From: an uncultured Gemmatimonadales bacterium
Lineage (GTDB): Bacteria; Gemmatimonadota; Gemmatimonadetes; Longimicrobiales; RSA9
Direction: 5' to 3'
DNA length: 64,000 nt
Assembly (NCBI GenBank): GCA_963741945.1
Contig: CAVUKA010000006.1
Span: 128,001 to 192,000 of the forward strand
This document shows positions 44,095 to 53,217 of this stretch, in pieces. Position numbers and translations under genes: made by a program. Below the pieces are notes generated by a model. It was not told where the DNA came from, did not search any database, and saw only the letters and a program-made list of their open reading frames with translations. The number at the start of each line of letters is the position of its first letter. Positions within the stretch are counted from its first letter, which is position 1.

Positions 44095-44939
44095 TGCGCT
44101 TCCTCCCCGTTGGCCTCGACCTGCGCGACCGGCCGTGCCTGGTGGTTGGCGGTGGTGCCGTAGGAACGCGCAAGGTGCGCACGCTCGCGCGTGTGGGCGC
44201 GCGCGTCACCGTGGTAGCGCCGGCGCTGACCGATGAGCTGGCCGGCGAGGCCCGGGCGGGGCGCATCCGCTGGCTGCGCGAGCCTTTCCGCCCGGAACAC
44301 CTGGAGGGCGCCCGTCTGGCCGTGCTCGCCACCGATGACCCGGCGGTGAACGCCAGCGCGGCCCGCGAGGCTTCGGCGCGTGGGATCCTGACGTGTGACG
44401 CGTCGTCGGCCGAAAGCTCCGACCTGATCTTCGGCGCGCTCCTGGAGCACGACGGCGTGACCATGGGTGCGTTCACCGATGGCCGGGATCCGGCGCGGGC
44501 GAAGCAGGTGCGCGATGAAGTGGCACTCTGGCTGGGCGCGCCGCGCGTGAACGGCGATGCACCGGCGCCCACGGATGCGCTCCTCGTCCTGGCTGCACAC
44601 GGCAGCCGCGATCCCGGGTGGGGGCGCCCGCTGGAAGTGCTCGCCGAATCGCTGTGCCGGCGCATGGGCGACGACCGCGTGCGCCTGGCATACGTCCAGT
44701 TCGCAACCCCTTCGCTGGAGGACGTGGTGGCCGACGCCGCGCGCTCCGGCTACCGGCGCGTCCGCGTGCTCCCACTGTTCATGACGGCGGAAGGCCACGT
44801 GGAGCGCGACATCCGCCCGGCGGTGGAGCGACTCCGCCGGGACCACGCAGAGCTCGAGGTGACCCTGCTCCCCGCCGTGGGACAGCTCCCCTCGTTTGAA
44901 CAGCTTGTTGCTGATATCGCATTGGAGGTAACCCGATGA
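44094..44939 (+). CDS. Precorrin-2 dehydrogenase (SirC/CysG-N-like) fused to SirB/CbiX-type chelatase
   Basis: LPVGLDLRDRPCLVVGGGAVGTRK, ATDDPAVN; then AAHGSRD, QFATPSL, PLFMTAEGHVERDI. Confidence 0.82.
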   Translation: MRFLPVGLDLRDRPCLVVGGGAVGTRKVRTLARVGARVTVVAPALTDELAGEARAGRIRWLREPFRPEHLEGARLAVLATDDPAVNASAAREASARGILTCDASSAESSDLIFGALLEHDGVTMGAFTDGRDPARAKQVRDEVALWLGAPRVNGDAPAPTDALLVLAAHGSRDPGWGRPLEVLAESLCRRMGDDRVRLAYVQFATPSLEDVVADAARSGYRRVRVLPLFMTAEGHVERDIRPAVERLRRDHAELEVTLLPAVGQLPSFEQLVADIALEVTR

Positions 44940-44976
44940 GCAGTCCTGTGTCCAACCCCCGACGCCGGAGGAACGC

Positions 44977-46533
44977 ATGATCACCCCGGCTCGCCCGAAA
45001 CCCGGAACGGTGTACCTCGTCGGAGCGGGACCGGGGCATCCGGGACTGCTCACGCTGCGGGCCGTGGAATGCCTGAAGAAGGCGGACCTGGTCATGTACG
45101 ACTACCTGGCGAACGCGTCGCTCGTCGAGCACGCGCGCCCGGATGCCGAGCTCATGCGGCTCGGTCACCACAACGGCGGCCCGCGTCTCTCGCCGAGCGA
45201 GATCATCTCGCTGATGGTGGAGGAAGCCCTGAAAGGGCGGTCCGTGGTCCGCCTGAAAGGCGGGGACCCGAGCATCTTCGCTCGTGGCGGCGACGAGGCG
45301 ACCGCGCTCCGCGACGCGGGCGTCCCCTTCGAGATCGTACCCGGCATCACGTCCGGCCTGGCACTGGCCGCGTTCGCCGAGATCCCGCTCACCCATTTCG
45401 AGGACGCGTCCGCAGTGGCGCTCGTCACCGGGCGGGAGCGGAACGCAAAGCTTGAAAACGACGACTGCCACCTGGACTATGCCGGCCTGGCGTCGTTTCC
45501 CGGCACCCTCGTGTTCTACATGGCCGTGAAAGGCACGCAGGCGTGGAGCAGCGCGCTCATGGAGGAGGGCAAGTCACCGGACACGCCCGTGGGCATCGTG
45601 CGCTGGTGCAGCCGGGCGTGGCAGCAGACCGTCCGCTGCACGCTGGGCACGGTGGCAGAGGTCGTGGAGACGCACGGGCTCCGTCCGCCCTGCCTGTTCG
45701 TGGTGGGGAAGGTCGTCGACCGCACGCCTCGCCTGAGCTGGTTCGAGTCGCGGCCCCTGTTCGGATCCACGGTCCTCGTGGCAGGCTCGGCCAGCAGCGC
45801 GGGCCGCCTGCGCGAGCGGCTGGCGGAAACAGGGGCGGAAGTGATCATGCAGCCGGCGATCCGGGTCACGCCGCCGCCTACGTGGGTGCCCGTGGACGAT
45901 ACGCTTGAGCGCATTGACGACTACCAGTGGCTGGTCTTCTCCACGCCGAACGCCGTGGACGCGCTCATGGACCATATCGATGCCCGGGGCGGCGACGCGC
46001 GCTGGCTGGGCCGCGTGCGCATCGTCGCGCTCGGGTCGGGCACGGTGGACCGGCTGCGGGCGCGCCAGATCCGCCCCGACCTGACCCCCGACGGCTACCA
46101 GCCTGCCGTGCTGGCCCGGACGCTGACGGCGGCGGGGCCGACCCGCGTGCTCCTGGCACGCTCCAATGGTGAACGGCCGGTCCTGGCCGCGGAGCTGGAA
46201 GCGGCGGGCGCGAGGGTGGGCGAGATCGTCGTCTACGCGACGGCTGAAGTGGACGAGCCGGACCCGGACGTGGCGCTCTCGCTGGCTGAAGACGAGCTGG
46301 ACTGGGTGGCCGTGACCAGCCCGGCCACGGCCCGATCGCTGGACCGGCTGTACGGGAGCGCACTGCGCCGCGCGCGCATCGCCTCCATCAGTCCCCTCAC
46401 TTCGGAAGCACTGCGTGAGCTGGGGCTGGAACCGGACGTGGAAGCCGCCCCGGCCAGCGTGGCGGGGCTCGTGGACGCCATAGCCGCGGCGGTGCCCCGC
46501 GTGGCCGTCGCCGAGACCGCAGGAGTTCCGTAA
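44977..46533 (+). CDS. cobA: Uroporphyrinogen-III C-methyltransferase / uroporphyrinogen-III synthase fusion (CobA-HemD)
   Basis: VYLVGAGPG, VVRLKGGDPSIFARGGDE, VPGITS, WFESRPLFG; HemD-like WLVFSTPNAV, VTSPAT. Confidence 0.9.
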   Translation: MITPARPKPGTVYLVGAGPGHPGLLTLRAVECLKKADLVMYDYLANASLVEHARPDAELMRLGHHNGGPRLSPSEIISLMVEEALKGRSVVRLKGGDPSIFARGGDEATALRDAGVPFEIVPGITSGLALAAFAEIPLTHFEDASAVALVTGRERNAKLENDDCHLDYAGLASFPGTLVFYMAVKGTQAWSSALMEEGKSPDTPVGIVRWCSRAWQQTVRCTLGTVAEVVETHGLRPPCLFVVGKVVDRTPRLSWFESRPLFGSTVLVAGSASSAGRLRERLAETGAEVIMQPAIRVTPPPTWVPVDDTLERIDDYQWLVFSTPNAVDALMDHIDARGGDARWLGRVRIVALGSGTVDRLRARQIRPDLTPDGYQPAVLARTLTAAGPTRVLLARSNGERPVLAAELEAAGARVGEIVVYATAEVDEPDPDVALSLAEDELDWVAVTSPATARSLDRLYGSALRRARIASISPLTSEALRELGLEPDVEAAPASVAGLVDAIAAAVPRVAVAETAGVP

Positions 46534-48140
46534 TGCAGATCGTCTGCGTATCCAGGGGATCGCTCGCAGCGGGCCGTGAGCTGGCCGATACCCTCGCCGC
46601 CAAGCTGGGCTATCCCGTCCTGAGCCGGGAGAAGCTGATCGAGGAAGCGACGCACGAGGGCATCCAGGTCGGGAAGCTCGAGACGGCCATGATGAACCCC
46701 CGGGCGTTCAACGAGCGCCTCGCCCGGGAGCGGGATCACTACCTGGCCTTCTGCACCGCGTACCTGTGCGACCGGCTGGAGGAGGGCCCGCTGGTCTATC
46801 ACGGGCGCACCGGCCACCTCCTGCTGCGCGGGATCAGCCACGTCATGCGCGTTCGCGTGGTGGCCGATGAGGAGTACCGCATCGCCAGCGTGATGCGCGA
46901 GCTCGGCATCGAGCGGGAGAAGGCGCGGGCATACCTCAAGGCCGTGGAAGAGGACCGGCGCAACTGGACGCGGGCGATGTACGGGGTCTCCTCGGAGGAG
47001 GCCGAGCAGTACGACGTGGTGGTGAACATCGAGCGGATGAGCGTCGGCAATGCCGCCGCTTCGCTCGTCGACATGTGCCAGCTCCCGGACTTCCAGGCGA
47101 CACCGGCATCCCGGCGCGCCATGGAGGACCTGCGCCTCTCGGCGCGCGCCCGGCTGATGCTGGCCCGCGACCCGCGCACCAACCGCTTCGGGTTCTCCGT
47201 GGGCGCGCACGACGGCGTGCTCACGGTCACTTACCTGCCCCACGATGCGGAGGTGGCACCGCACATCGAGCCCGTCCTCCAGCCGCTCGCCGGCGTGGAC
47301 GAGATCCGGGCCACCATGGCGGCCACCACCATCCTCTGGGTCCAGGAGTCGTTCGACCCGGCCTCGGACACGTTCCGCGACGTGGTGGAGATCGCGGGGA
47401 AGTGGAACGCGGCGGTGGAGCTCGTACGCTACACGCCGGACAAGCCATCGGAGTCGAGGCTCGACGTCGAGTCCGTGGCCACCGCCGCTCCGGCAGGAAC
47501 GGGCGCCCCCGCACCGGTGAGTGCTGGAGTCGCCGCGGGCGAAGGCGGGACGGCCATGGCCGGAGCCGTGGCCGTCGCTCCGCCGGCCATCACGACGCCT
47601 CCCGGCGGCATCGAGGAGGACGACGACGAGGAGCCCGCGCTGGATGAGGGACTGAAGGCCACGCTCGACGCGCTGGCCCGGCTCGGGCGGGCCGGCGGCG
47701 CCCGTCACGTGCATGGCACGCGAGGCAGTCTGGTCGCCTCGTGCTGCGGCGGCGTTCCGCACTCGATGGTCGTTCTCGGCGACCTGTTCCTGGGGAGCCC
47801 GCATGCGGCGAGGCTGCGGCTCACGCGCGAGCTGCGCGGCTCCATCACGGAACGGGTGAAAGTGCCCGTGGTGACCGCGGACGAGCTGCGCACGCAGTAC
47901 CTGTTCGGCCGCCGTGACCTGTTCCGTCTGCTCGGGTGGGTGGCCCTCGTCCTCCTGCTGTTCATCGTGGTCTTCACCAACCAGGACGCGGTGATCCAGT
48001 TCCTGTCGGGCGGCGAGGAAGAGCGGAGCCGCGTGATGAGGCTGCTGGTGGCCGCCGCGGTGTTCGCGTTCGTGCCGATCGTCGCCTACTCCTACGGGAC
48101 GGTGGCACGGCTGGTCATGAAGCTGATCCGGATGGAGTAG
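46533..48140 (+). CDS. Membrane-anchored cytidylate kinase-like + BON multidomain protein
   Basis: IVCVSRGSLAAG, LVYHGRTGHLLL, MYG..YDVVVN; BON-like DGVLTV..LAGVDEI; Ala/Pro linker; two C-terminal TM helices. Confidence 0.75.
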   Translation: MQIVCVSRGSLAAGRELADTLAAKLGYPVLSREKLIEEATHEGIQVGKLETAMMNPRAFNERLARERDHYLAFCTAYLCDRLEEGPLVYHGRTGHLLLRGISHVMRVRVVADEEYRIASVMRELGIEREKARAYLKAVEEDRRNWTRAMYGVSSEEAEQYDVVVNIERMSVGNAAASLVDMCQLPDFQATPASRRAMEDLRLSARARLMLARDPRTNRFGFSVGAHDGVLTVTYLPHDAEVAPHIEPVLQPLAGVDEIRATMAATTILWVQESFDPASDTFRDVVEIAGKWNAAVELVRYTPDKPSESRLDVESVATAAPAGTGAPAPVSAGVAAGEGGTAMAGAVAVAPPAITTPPGGIEEDDDEEPALDEGLKATLDALARLGRAGGARHVHGTRGSLVASCCGGVPHSMVVLGDLFLGSPHAARLRLTRELRGSITERVKVPVVTADELRTQYLFGRRDLFRLLGWVALVLLLFIVVFTNQDAVIQFLSGGEEERSRVMRLLVAAAVFAFVPIVAYSYGTVARLVMKLIRME

Positions 48141-48144
48141 CGAA

Positions 48145-49245
48145 ATGGACCCGACTCTTCTGTTCCAGCATTTCATCACGATCGACGCCACCACCGCCGT
48201 GAAGGTGGTCCTGCTGGGGTTCATCGGCGGCATCCTGTCCGGATTCATAGGGAGCGGCGGCGCGTTCTTCATGACGCCCGGGATGATGAACCTGGGCGTT
48301 CCCGGCGTGGTCGCGGTGGGGAGCAACATCACGCACAAGTTCGGCAAGGCCATGGTCGGCTCGCGCAAGCACAGCGAGCTGGGCAACGTGGACAAGCGGC
48401 TGGGCGTGTACCTGATCTTCACTTCCTTCATCGGCATCCGCATCGCGGTCTGGATCAACAGCGCCCTGTTCGGCAGCGGCGGCGACGGCCACGGCGCGGG
48501 CGGCTCGGCGGCGGCGGACCTCTACATCAGCGCGGTCTTCATCTTCATCCTCTCGCTGGTGGCCATCTCCATGCTGCGCGACGTGCTGCGTCCGGCCGGC
48601 CAGGGCGACGACGAGGGCGGCCCATCGCGGCGGATCGCCAACTTCATCGGCACCCTCAACCTGCCCCCCTACGTGTCGTTCAGGGTGGCGGACGTCCGGG
48701 TATCGGTGTGGGTGCTGGCGCTGGTCGGGCTGGCGACGGGATACCTGGCGGGGACCATTGGCGTGGGCGGCTTCATCGGCGTCCCCTGCATGATCTACGT
48801 GTTCGGCGTGCCGACGGCGGTCGCCGCGGGCACCGAGCTGTACCTGGCCATGTTCATGGGCGGATGGGGCGCGCTGAACTACGCGTTCGAAGGGTTCGTG
48901 GACCTCCGCCTCACCATGCTCCTCTACCTGGGCTCCCTGCTGGGCATCTACGTGGGCGTCTACGGGACCAAGGTGGTGAAGGAGCGGCTGATCCGGCTGG
49001 TAACGGGCGTGGTCATCCTGCTGTGCGTGGTCAGCCGCGCCGTTGCGGCGCCGGCGTACCTGCGGCAGCTGGGCTGGATCCAGTTCGACCCGGCCTGGGA
49101 CGCGCATTTCAACATGGCGAGCGAAGTGATGCTGTTTGCGGCCGGTATGTCGGGCTCCGGTCTGATCCTGTACCACGTGGTCCGCTCCTACCGACTGCGG
49201 CTGCGGGTGCAGAAGCGGCTGGTGGAGGCGAGGCAGGCCGGCTGA
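48145..49245 (+). CDS. TauE/SafE (TSUP) family transporter
   Basis: GFIGGILSGFIGSGGAFFMTPGMM, HKFGKAMVG, GTIGVGGFIGVP, AAGTEL. Confidence 0.9.
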   Translation: MDPTLLFQHFITIDATTAVKVVLLGFIGGILSGFIGSGGAFFMTPGMMNLGVPGVVAVGSNITHKFGKAMVGSRKHSELGNVDKRLGVYLIFTSFIGIRIAVWINSALFGSGGDGHGAGGSAAADLYISAVFIFILSLVAISMLRDVLRPAGQGDDEGGPSRRIANFIGTLNLPPYVSFRVADVRVSVWVLALVGLATGYLAGTIGVGGFIGVPCMIYVFGVPTAVAAGTELYLAMFMGGWGALNYAFEGFVDLRLTMLLYLGSLLGIYVGVYGTKVVKERLIRLVTGVVILLCVVSRAVAAPAYLRQLGWIQFDPAWDAHFNMASEVMLFAAGMSGSGLILYHVVRSYRLRLRVQKRLVEARQAG

Positions 49246-49315
49246 GGCCGGGCAAGGCGGGAAAAACGGGTGGGGGGGAGCGGAGGGTGAAGGGTCTGTC
49301 GGCTGGAGGGGCGCG

Positions 49316-49921
49316 ATGGCGGACATGAAGAAGAAGATCGAGGACTGGATGGTCCGGGTTTCCTTCGCGGAGGCGAACGCGGACGAGGAAGGGTTCCGCG
49401 CGACGGGGGAGACGGTGGACCGGAAGACCAGCCTCGCGCTGGATCGGATCCGCATGGTGCGGGACGAGCGAGCGCCGGGGCGCGGCACGGAGGGCGACAT
49501 GGCGGAGACCGATGAGACGTTCGCGGCGCGAGTCGGCGGCGACCTGAGCGTCATGGTGATCGATGATGAGCCGATCGTGGGGAAGCGGCTGAAGCCCGCG
49601 CTGGAGAAGGCGGGGTTCACCGTGGAGTGCTACGAGCATCCGGCGGCCGCGGTATCCCGGCTTTCGGAGAAGGAGTTCGACATTGTCGTGACCGACCTGC
49701 GCATGGAGGGTATGGACGGGATCGAGATCCTGGAGCACGTGATGTCGCACAGCGAGCACACGCGGGTCATCCTGATCACCGGCTACGCCACGGTGGAAGT
49801 GGCGCGGGAAGCGCTGGTGAAGGGTGCATTCGACTTCATCTCGAAGCCGTTCAAGCCCCGTGACCTGCGGGCGGTCATCAACAAGGCCGCGCTCTCGCTG
49901 GGCTACCAGGGAATCATCTAG
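49316..49921 (+). CDS. Response regulator with N-terminal FAEA-motif extension
   Basis: VMVIDDEP, DIVVTDLRM, LITGYA, FISKPF; second in-frame SD+ATG at 49499. Confidence 0.85.
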   Translation: MADMKKKIEDWMVRVSFAEANADEEGFRATGETVDRKTSLALDRIRMVRDERAPGRGTEGDMAETDETFAARVGGDLSVMVIDDEPIVGKRLKPALEKAGFTVECYEHPAAAVSRLSEKEFDIVVTDLRMEGMDGIEILEHVMSHSEHTRVILITGYATVEVAREALVKGAFDFISKPFKPRDLRAVINKAALSLGYQGII

Positions 49922-49930
49922 GAGGCCCCA

Positions 49931-51475
49931 GTGCCCCCGCCATCCACGGGCGCCAGGGGCGCCTCTCCGCTGGACGCGATGGCGGACGAGGCGCAGCGGG
50001 CGTTGAAGGCCAGGCGCAGCCTGTCCATCCGCACGCGGCTCACGCTCGGGCTGCTGCTCTGGCTCGCGCTGAGCCTGGGCGTGACGCTCGTGTCCATCCT
50101 CATCCTGGGCCGCGTCCAGGCGAAGCTCGATTCCGTGGGCGCGATAGAGCGCTACGCCTTCGAGATTCAGCAGGCCAGGCGGTTCGAGAAGAACTACTTC
50201 CTCTATGGGACGAACCTGCCCGACGCCCTGGACGGTGTCCATACGGCAGGCTCCCTTCTGGACCGCGAGCAGGGCAGCATCGCGTCCGTGCTGGGCCAGG
50301 CGGCGCTCGACACCATGCGGCTGCACGTGCGGCGGTACGAGGAGCTGCTGACACGGCTGCCCGCGCTGCGGGCGGATGCGGACGCCCGGCAGCTGACGGA
50401 GATCGAAGCGGAGCTGCGCGTCCACGGCGCCGAGATGGTGCTCATGGCAGAGGAGCTGTCGACGCGAGAGCGCCGGAGCGTGCAGGCGCTGCTGGTTGCG
50501 TCCCAGCGGATCGCGCTCGCCTTCCTGGTGCTGCTCCTGTTCGTGATCGTGCTCTTCGGCGTGTTCGTGGTGCGCCAGATCCTGGCCCCTCTCGATCGGA
50601 TCATGCGAGCGACGCGTCGCATCGCCGAGGGGGACCTGACGCCCATCACGCCGCGGCGGCGCTACCACGACGAGTTCAGCGAGCTGGCCACAGCCATCAA
50701 CTACATGATGAGCGAGCTGGTGCGCCGGCAGCAGTTGCTGGTGCAGACGCACAAGCTGCAGGCGATCGGCACGCTCACCGCCGGCGTCGCCCACGAGCTG
50801 AACAACCCGATCAACAACATCATGCTCACGGCGGACAGTCTCCAGGAGGACTACACCGAACTCTCCGACGCCGAGCGGCTGGACATGGTGGCGGATCTGG
50901 TCCACGAGTCCGAGCGCGCCCGCGGCATCGTGCGCAACCTCCTGGACTTCGCGCGCCAGACGGAGACGGAGCTCACCCCGCTGGACGTGGAGCAGATCGT
51001 GGGCGAGACGCTCCAGCTGGCGAGCAATCAGGTGAAGATCGCGAAAGTGAAAGTCCAGGGTGAGGTGGAGGAGAACGTGCCGCCGATCTTCGGTGACCGG
51101 CAGCAGCTGATCCAGGTCTTCCTCAACCTGGTCCTGAACGCGCTGCACGCCATGCCGGGCGGCGGAACGCTGGTCATCGGCGTGGAGAAGTCGGAGGATC
51201 GGAACTTCGTCGAGGTCTCGTTCGCGGACACCGGAACGGGGATCGCGCCGCAGCACCTGTCGCGGATCTTCGACCCGTTCTTCAGCACGAAGAAACAGGC
51301 GCGGGGGACGGGACTCGGCCTGAGCGTCTCACTGGGGATCATCAAGCAGCACGGCGGCGACATCCGGGTCCGGAGCAGCGAGGGCGAGGGGACGGTATTC
51401 ACGGTCTCGCTGCCCGTGGCGCGCGTCCCTGCCACCATGGCGGAGGCAGAGGCGGAGGTGGCGGCCGGCACGTGA
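49931..51475 (+). CDS. Membrane sensor histidine kinase (periplasmic domain, HAMP)
   Basis: Two TM, ARRFEKNYFLY, HAMP DEFSELA, VAHELNNP, NLVLNA, DTGTGI, PFFSTK, GTGLGL. Confidence 0.93.
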   Translation: MPPPSTGARGASPLDAMADEAQRALKARRSLSIRTRLTLGLLLWLALSLGVTLVSILILGRVQAKLDSVGAIERYAFEIQQARRFEKNYFLYGTNLPDALDGVHTAGSLLDREQGSIASVLGQAALDTMRLHVRRYEELLTRLPALRADADARQLTEIEAELRVHGAEMVLMAEELSTRERRSVQALLVASQRIALAFLVLLLFVIVLFGVFVVRQILAPLDRIMRATRRIAEGDLTPITPRRRYHDEFSELATAINYMMSELVRRQQLLVQTHKLQAIGTLTAGVAHELNNPINNIMLTADSLQEDYTELSDAERLDMVADLVHESERARGIVRNLLDFARQTETELTPLDVEQIVGETLQLASNQVKIAKVKVQGEVEENVPPIFGDRQQLIQVFLNLVLNALHAMPGGGTLVIGVEKSEDRNFVEVSFADTGTGIAPQHLSRIFDPFFSTKKQARGTGLGLSVSLGIIKQHGGDIRVRSSEGEGTVFTVSLPVARVPATMAEAEAEVAAGT

Positions 51476-51555
51476 GGCCGGGAGGGTCACAGGCGCAACG
51501 CAGGTGCGGAAGGCAAGGGGCAGTGGTCTCCCTCGAGAACGTGAGCTGAGCTACA

Positions 51556-52233
51556 ATGTCGATCATGAGTGAGTCTTCCCTTCCGGTCACGTCGTCCGTG
51601 CCGAACACGGAAGCAGCGGCCTTCATGGGCCGCATCACGGCCGCAGCCACGCACGAGCTCAGGAACGTGTTGGCGATCATCCGGGAGTCGGCCGGACTGG
51701 TGGACGACCTGCTCGCCAGGTCGTCCACACGTGCCCTGGATGCCGACAAGCTGGAGTGGGCGACGGGGCGGATCGCGGCGCAGGTGACGAGGGGCGCGGA
51801 GCTGTGCACGTCGTTGAACCACGTGGCGCATGGCCTGGACCGGCCTGCGGAAGCGGTGGCGCTGAATGTGGCGGTGGCCGACACTACGCTGCTGTGCGGG
51901 CGCTCGGCGCGGCAGCGGCAGCGTCGGCTGGCTATACTCGCCGGTGATGGGAACCCAACGGTCGAGCGGAATGCGCTCCAGCTGTACATGGGGCTGGCCG
52001 CCGTGGTGGAATGGTGTGTGGAGCGGGTGCCGGAAGGTGGGACGTTGGCGATCCGGGGCGAGATGCTGCCGACCGGGCCGGCAGTGGTATTCCGGTCCGA
52101 GCCCGTGTGGCAGACGGAGCTGGCGGAGAACGGGGATCTGCGGATGGCGCTGGATACGGAGCCCCTGCGCTCGCTGGCCGTCAGCATGGAGGTGCCGCCC
52201 CCCGGGTCGGAGCTACTCCTCTGCTTCCATTGA
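51556..52233 (+). CDS. HisKA-like protein with degenerate ATPase domain (putative phosphotransferase)
   Basis: GRITAAATHELRNVLAII H-box; no recognisable N, G1, F or G2 boxes. Confidence 0.65.
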   Translation: MSIMSESSLPVTSSVPNTEAAAFMGRITAAATHELRNVLAIIRESAGLVDDLLARSSTRALDADKLEWATGRIAAQVTRGAELCTSLNHVAHGLDRPAEAVALNVAVADTTLLCGRSARQRQRRLAILAGDGNPTVERNALQLYMGLAAVVEWCVERVPEGGTLAIRGEMLPTGPAVVFRSEPVWQTELAENGDLRMALDTEPLRSLAVSMEVPPPGSELLLCFH

Positions 52234-52281
52234 TCCCGCGGGTGCGTCCCAACGGAGCCAAGATCGGGTGAGGAAGGAACC

Positions 52282-53202
52282 ATGAGCAAAATGAAGCTCC
52301 TGCTGGTCGACGACGAGGAGGAGTACGTCCGGACCATGGCAGCGCGGCTGTCCATGCGGAACGTCTCCAGCCAGGTTGCCCTTACAGGTGAAGACGCCCT
52401 CGCGGCCGTGGCGGCAGACGCTCCGCACGTGATGGTACTGGATCTGCGCATGCCCGGCATCGACGGCATGGCGGTGCTGGAGCGGGTGAAGCGCGAGCAC
52501 CCACACGTACAGGTCATCATCCTCACGGGACATGGATCGGAAGACGAGAAACGGAAGGCGCTGCAACTGGGCGCGTTCGACTACCTGGAGAAGCCCGCGG
52601 ACACGGGGCAGCTCTTGGGCGTGATCCGGGAGGCGTGGAAGCGAGCGCTCCGACTGCTCAAGGAGTCGGAGGCGGAATTCAGTCGCTCGATGGTGGCCGC
52701 GGCGATGGCGGAAGCGGGCGACGCGGACTCGGCGCTGGAGCACCTGGCCCGGACCCGCGAGACCGGGTCGCCGGCTCCGGTGCTGGAGCCAGAGCCGGCG
52801 CTGAAGGTCCTGTTCGTGGACGACGAGGAGGACTTCGTCCGCACGCTGGCGCAGCGCATGGAGATGCGGGACATGGGCGGCGACGTGGCGCTGAGTGGGC
52901 AGGAGGCGCTCGCGGCGCTGGAGCGGGAGCCGCCGGACGTGATCGTGCTGGACCTGAAGATGCCCGGCCTGGGCGGAATGGAGGTCCTGCGTCGCGTGAA
53001 GAAGCTGGACCCGGCGATCGAGATCATCATCATGACCGGCCACGGCTCCGTGCAGGACGAGGAGGAGGCGAAGCGCCTGGGCGCGTTCGAGTACCTGCGC
53101 AAGCCGGTGGAGATCGAGGTGCTGATGGACGCCGTGCGCCAGGCCGGGCAGCAGCGACGCGCCAGCCCCGGCTCGCGGGGCGGTGAAGCGGTCGGGGACT
53201 GA
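52282..53202 (+). CDS. Tandem REC-REC response regulator
   Basis: LLVDDEE..VLDLRMP..LTGHG..YLEKP and LFVDDEE..VLDLKMP..MTGHG..YLRKP; linker MVAAAMAEAGDADSA. Confidence 0.9.
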   Translation: MSKMKLLLVDDEEEYVRTMAARLSMRNVSSQVALTGEDALAAVAADAPHVMVLDLRMPGIDGMAVLERVKREHPHVQVIILTGHGSEDEKRKALQLGAFDYLEKPADTGQLLGVIREAWKRALRLLKESEAEFSRSMVAAAMAEAGDADSALEHLARTRETGSPAPVLEPEPALKVLFVDDEEDFVRTLAQRMEMRDMGGDVALSGQEALAALEREPPDVIVLDLKMPGLGGMEVLRRVKKLDPAIEIIIMTGHGSVQDEEEAKRLGAFEYLRKPVEIEVLMDAVRQAGQQRRASPGSRGGEAVGD

Positions 53203-53217
53203 CCGGCGCCGATTCCA

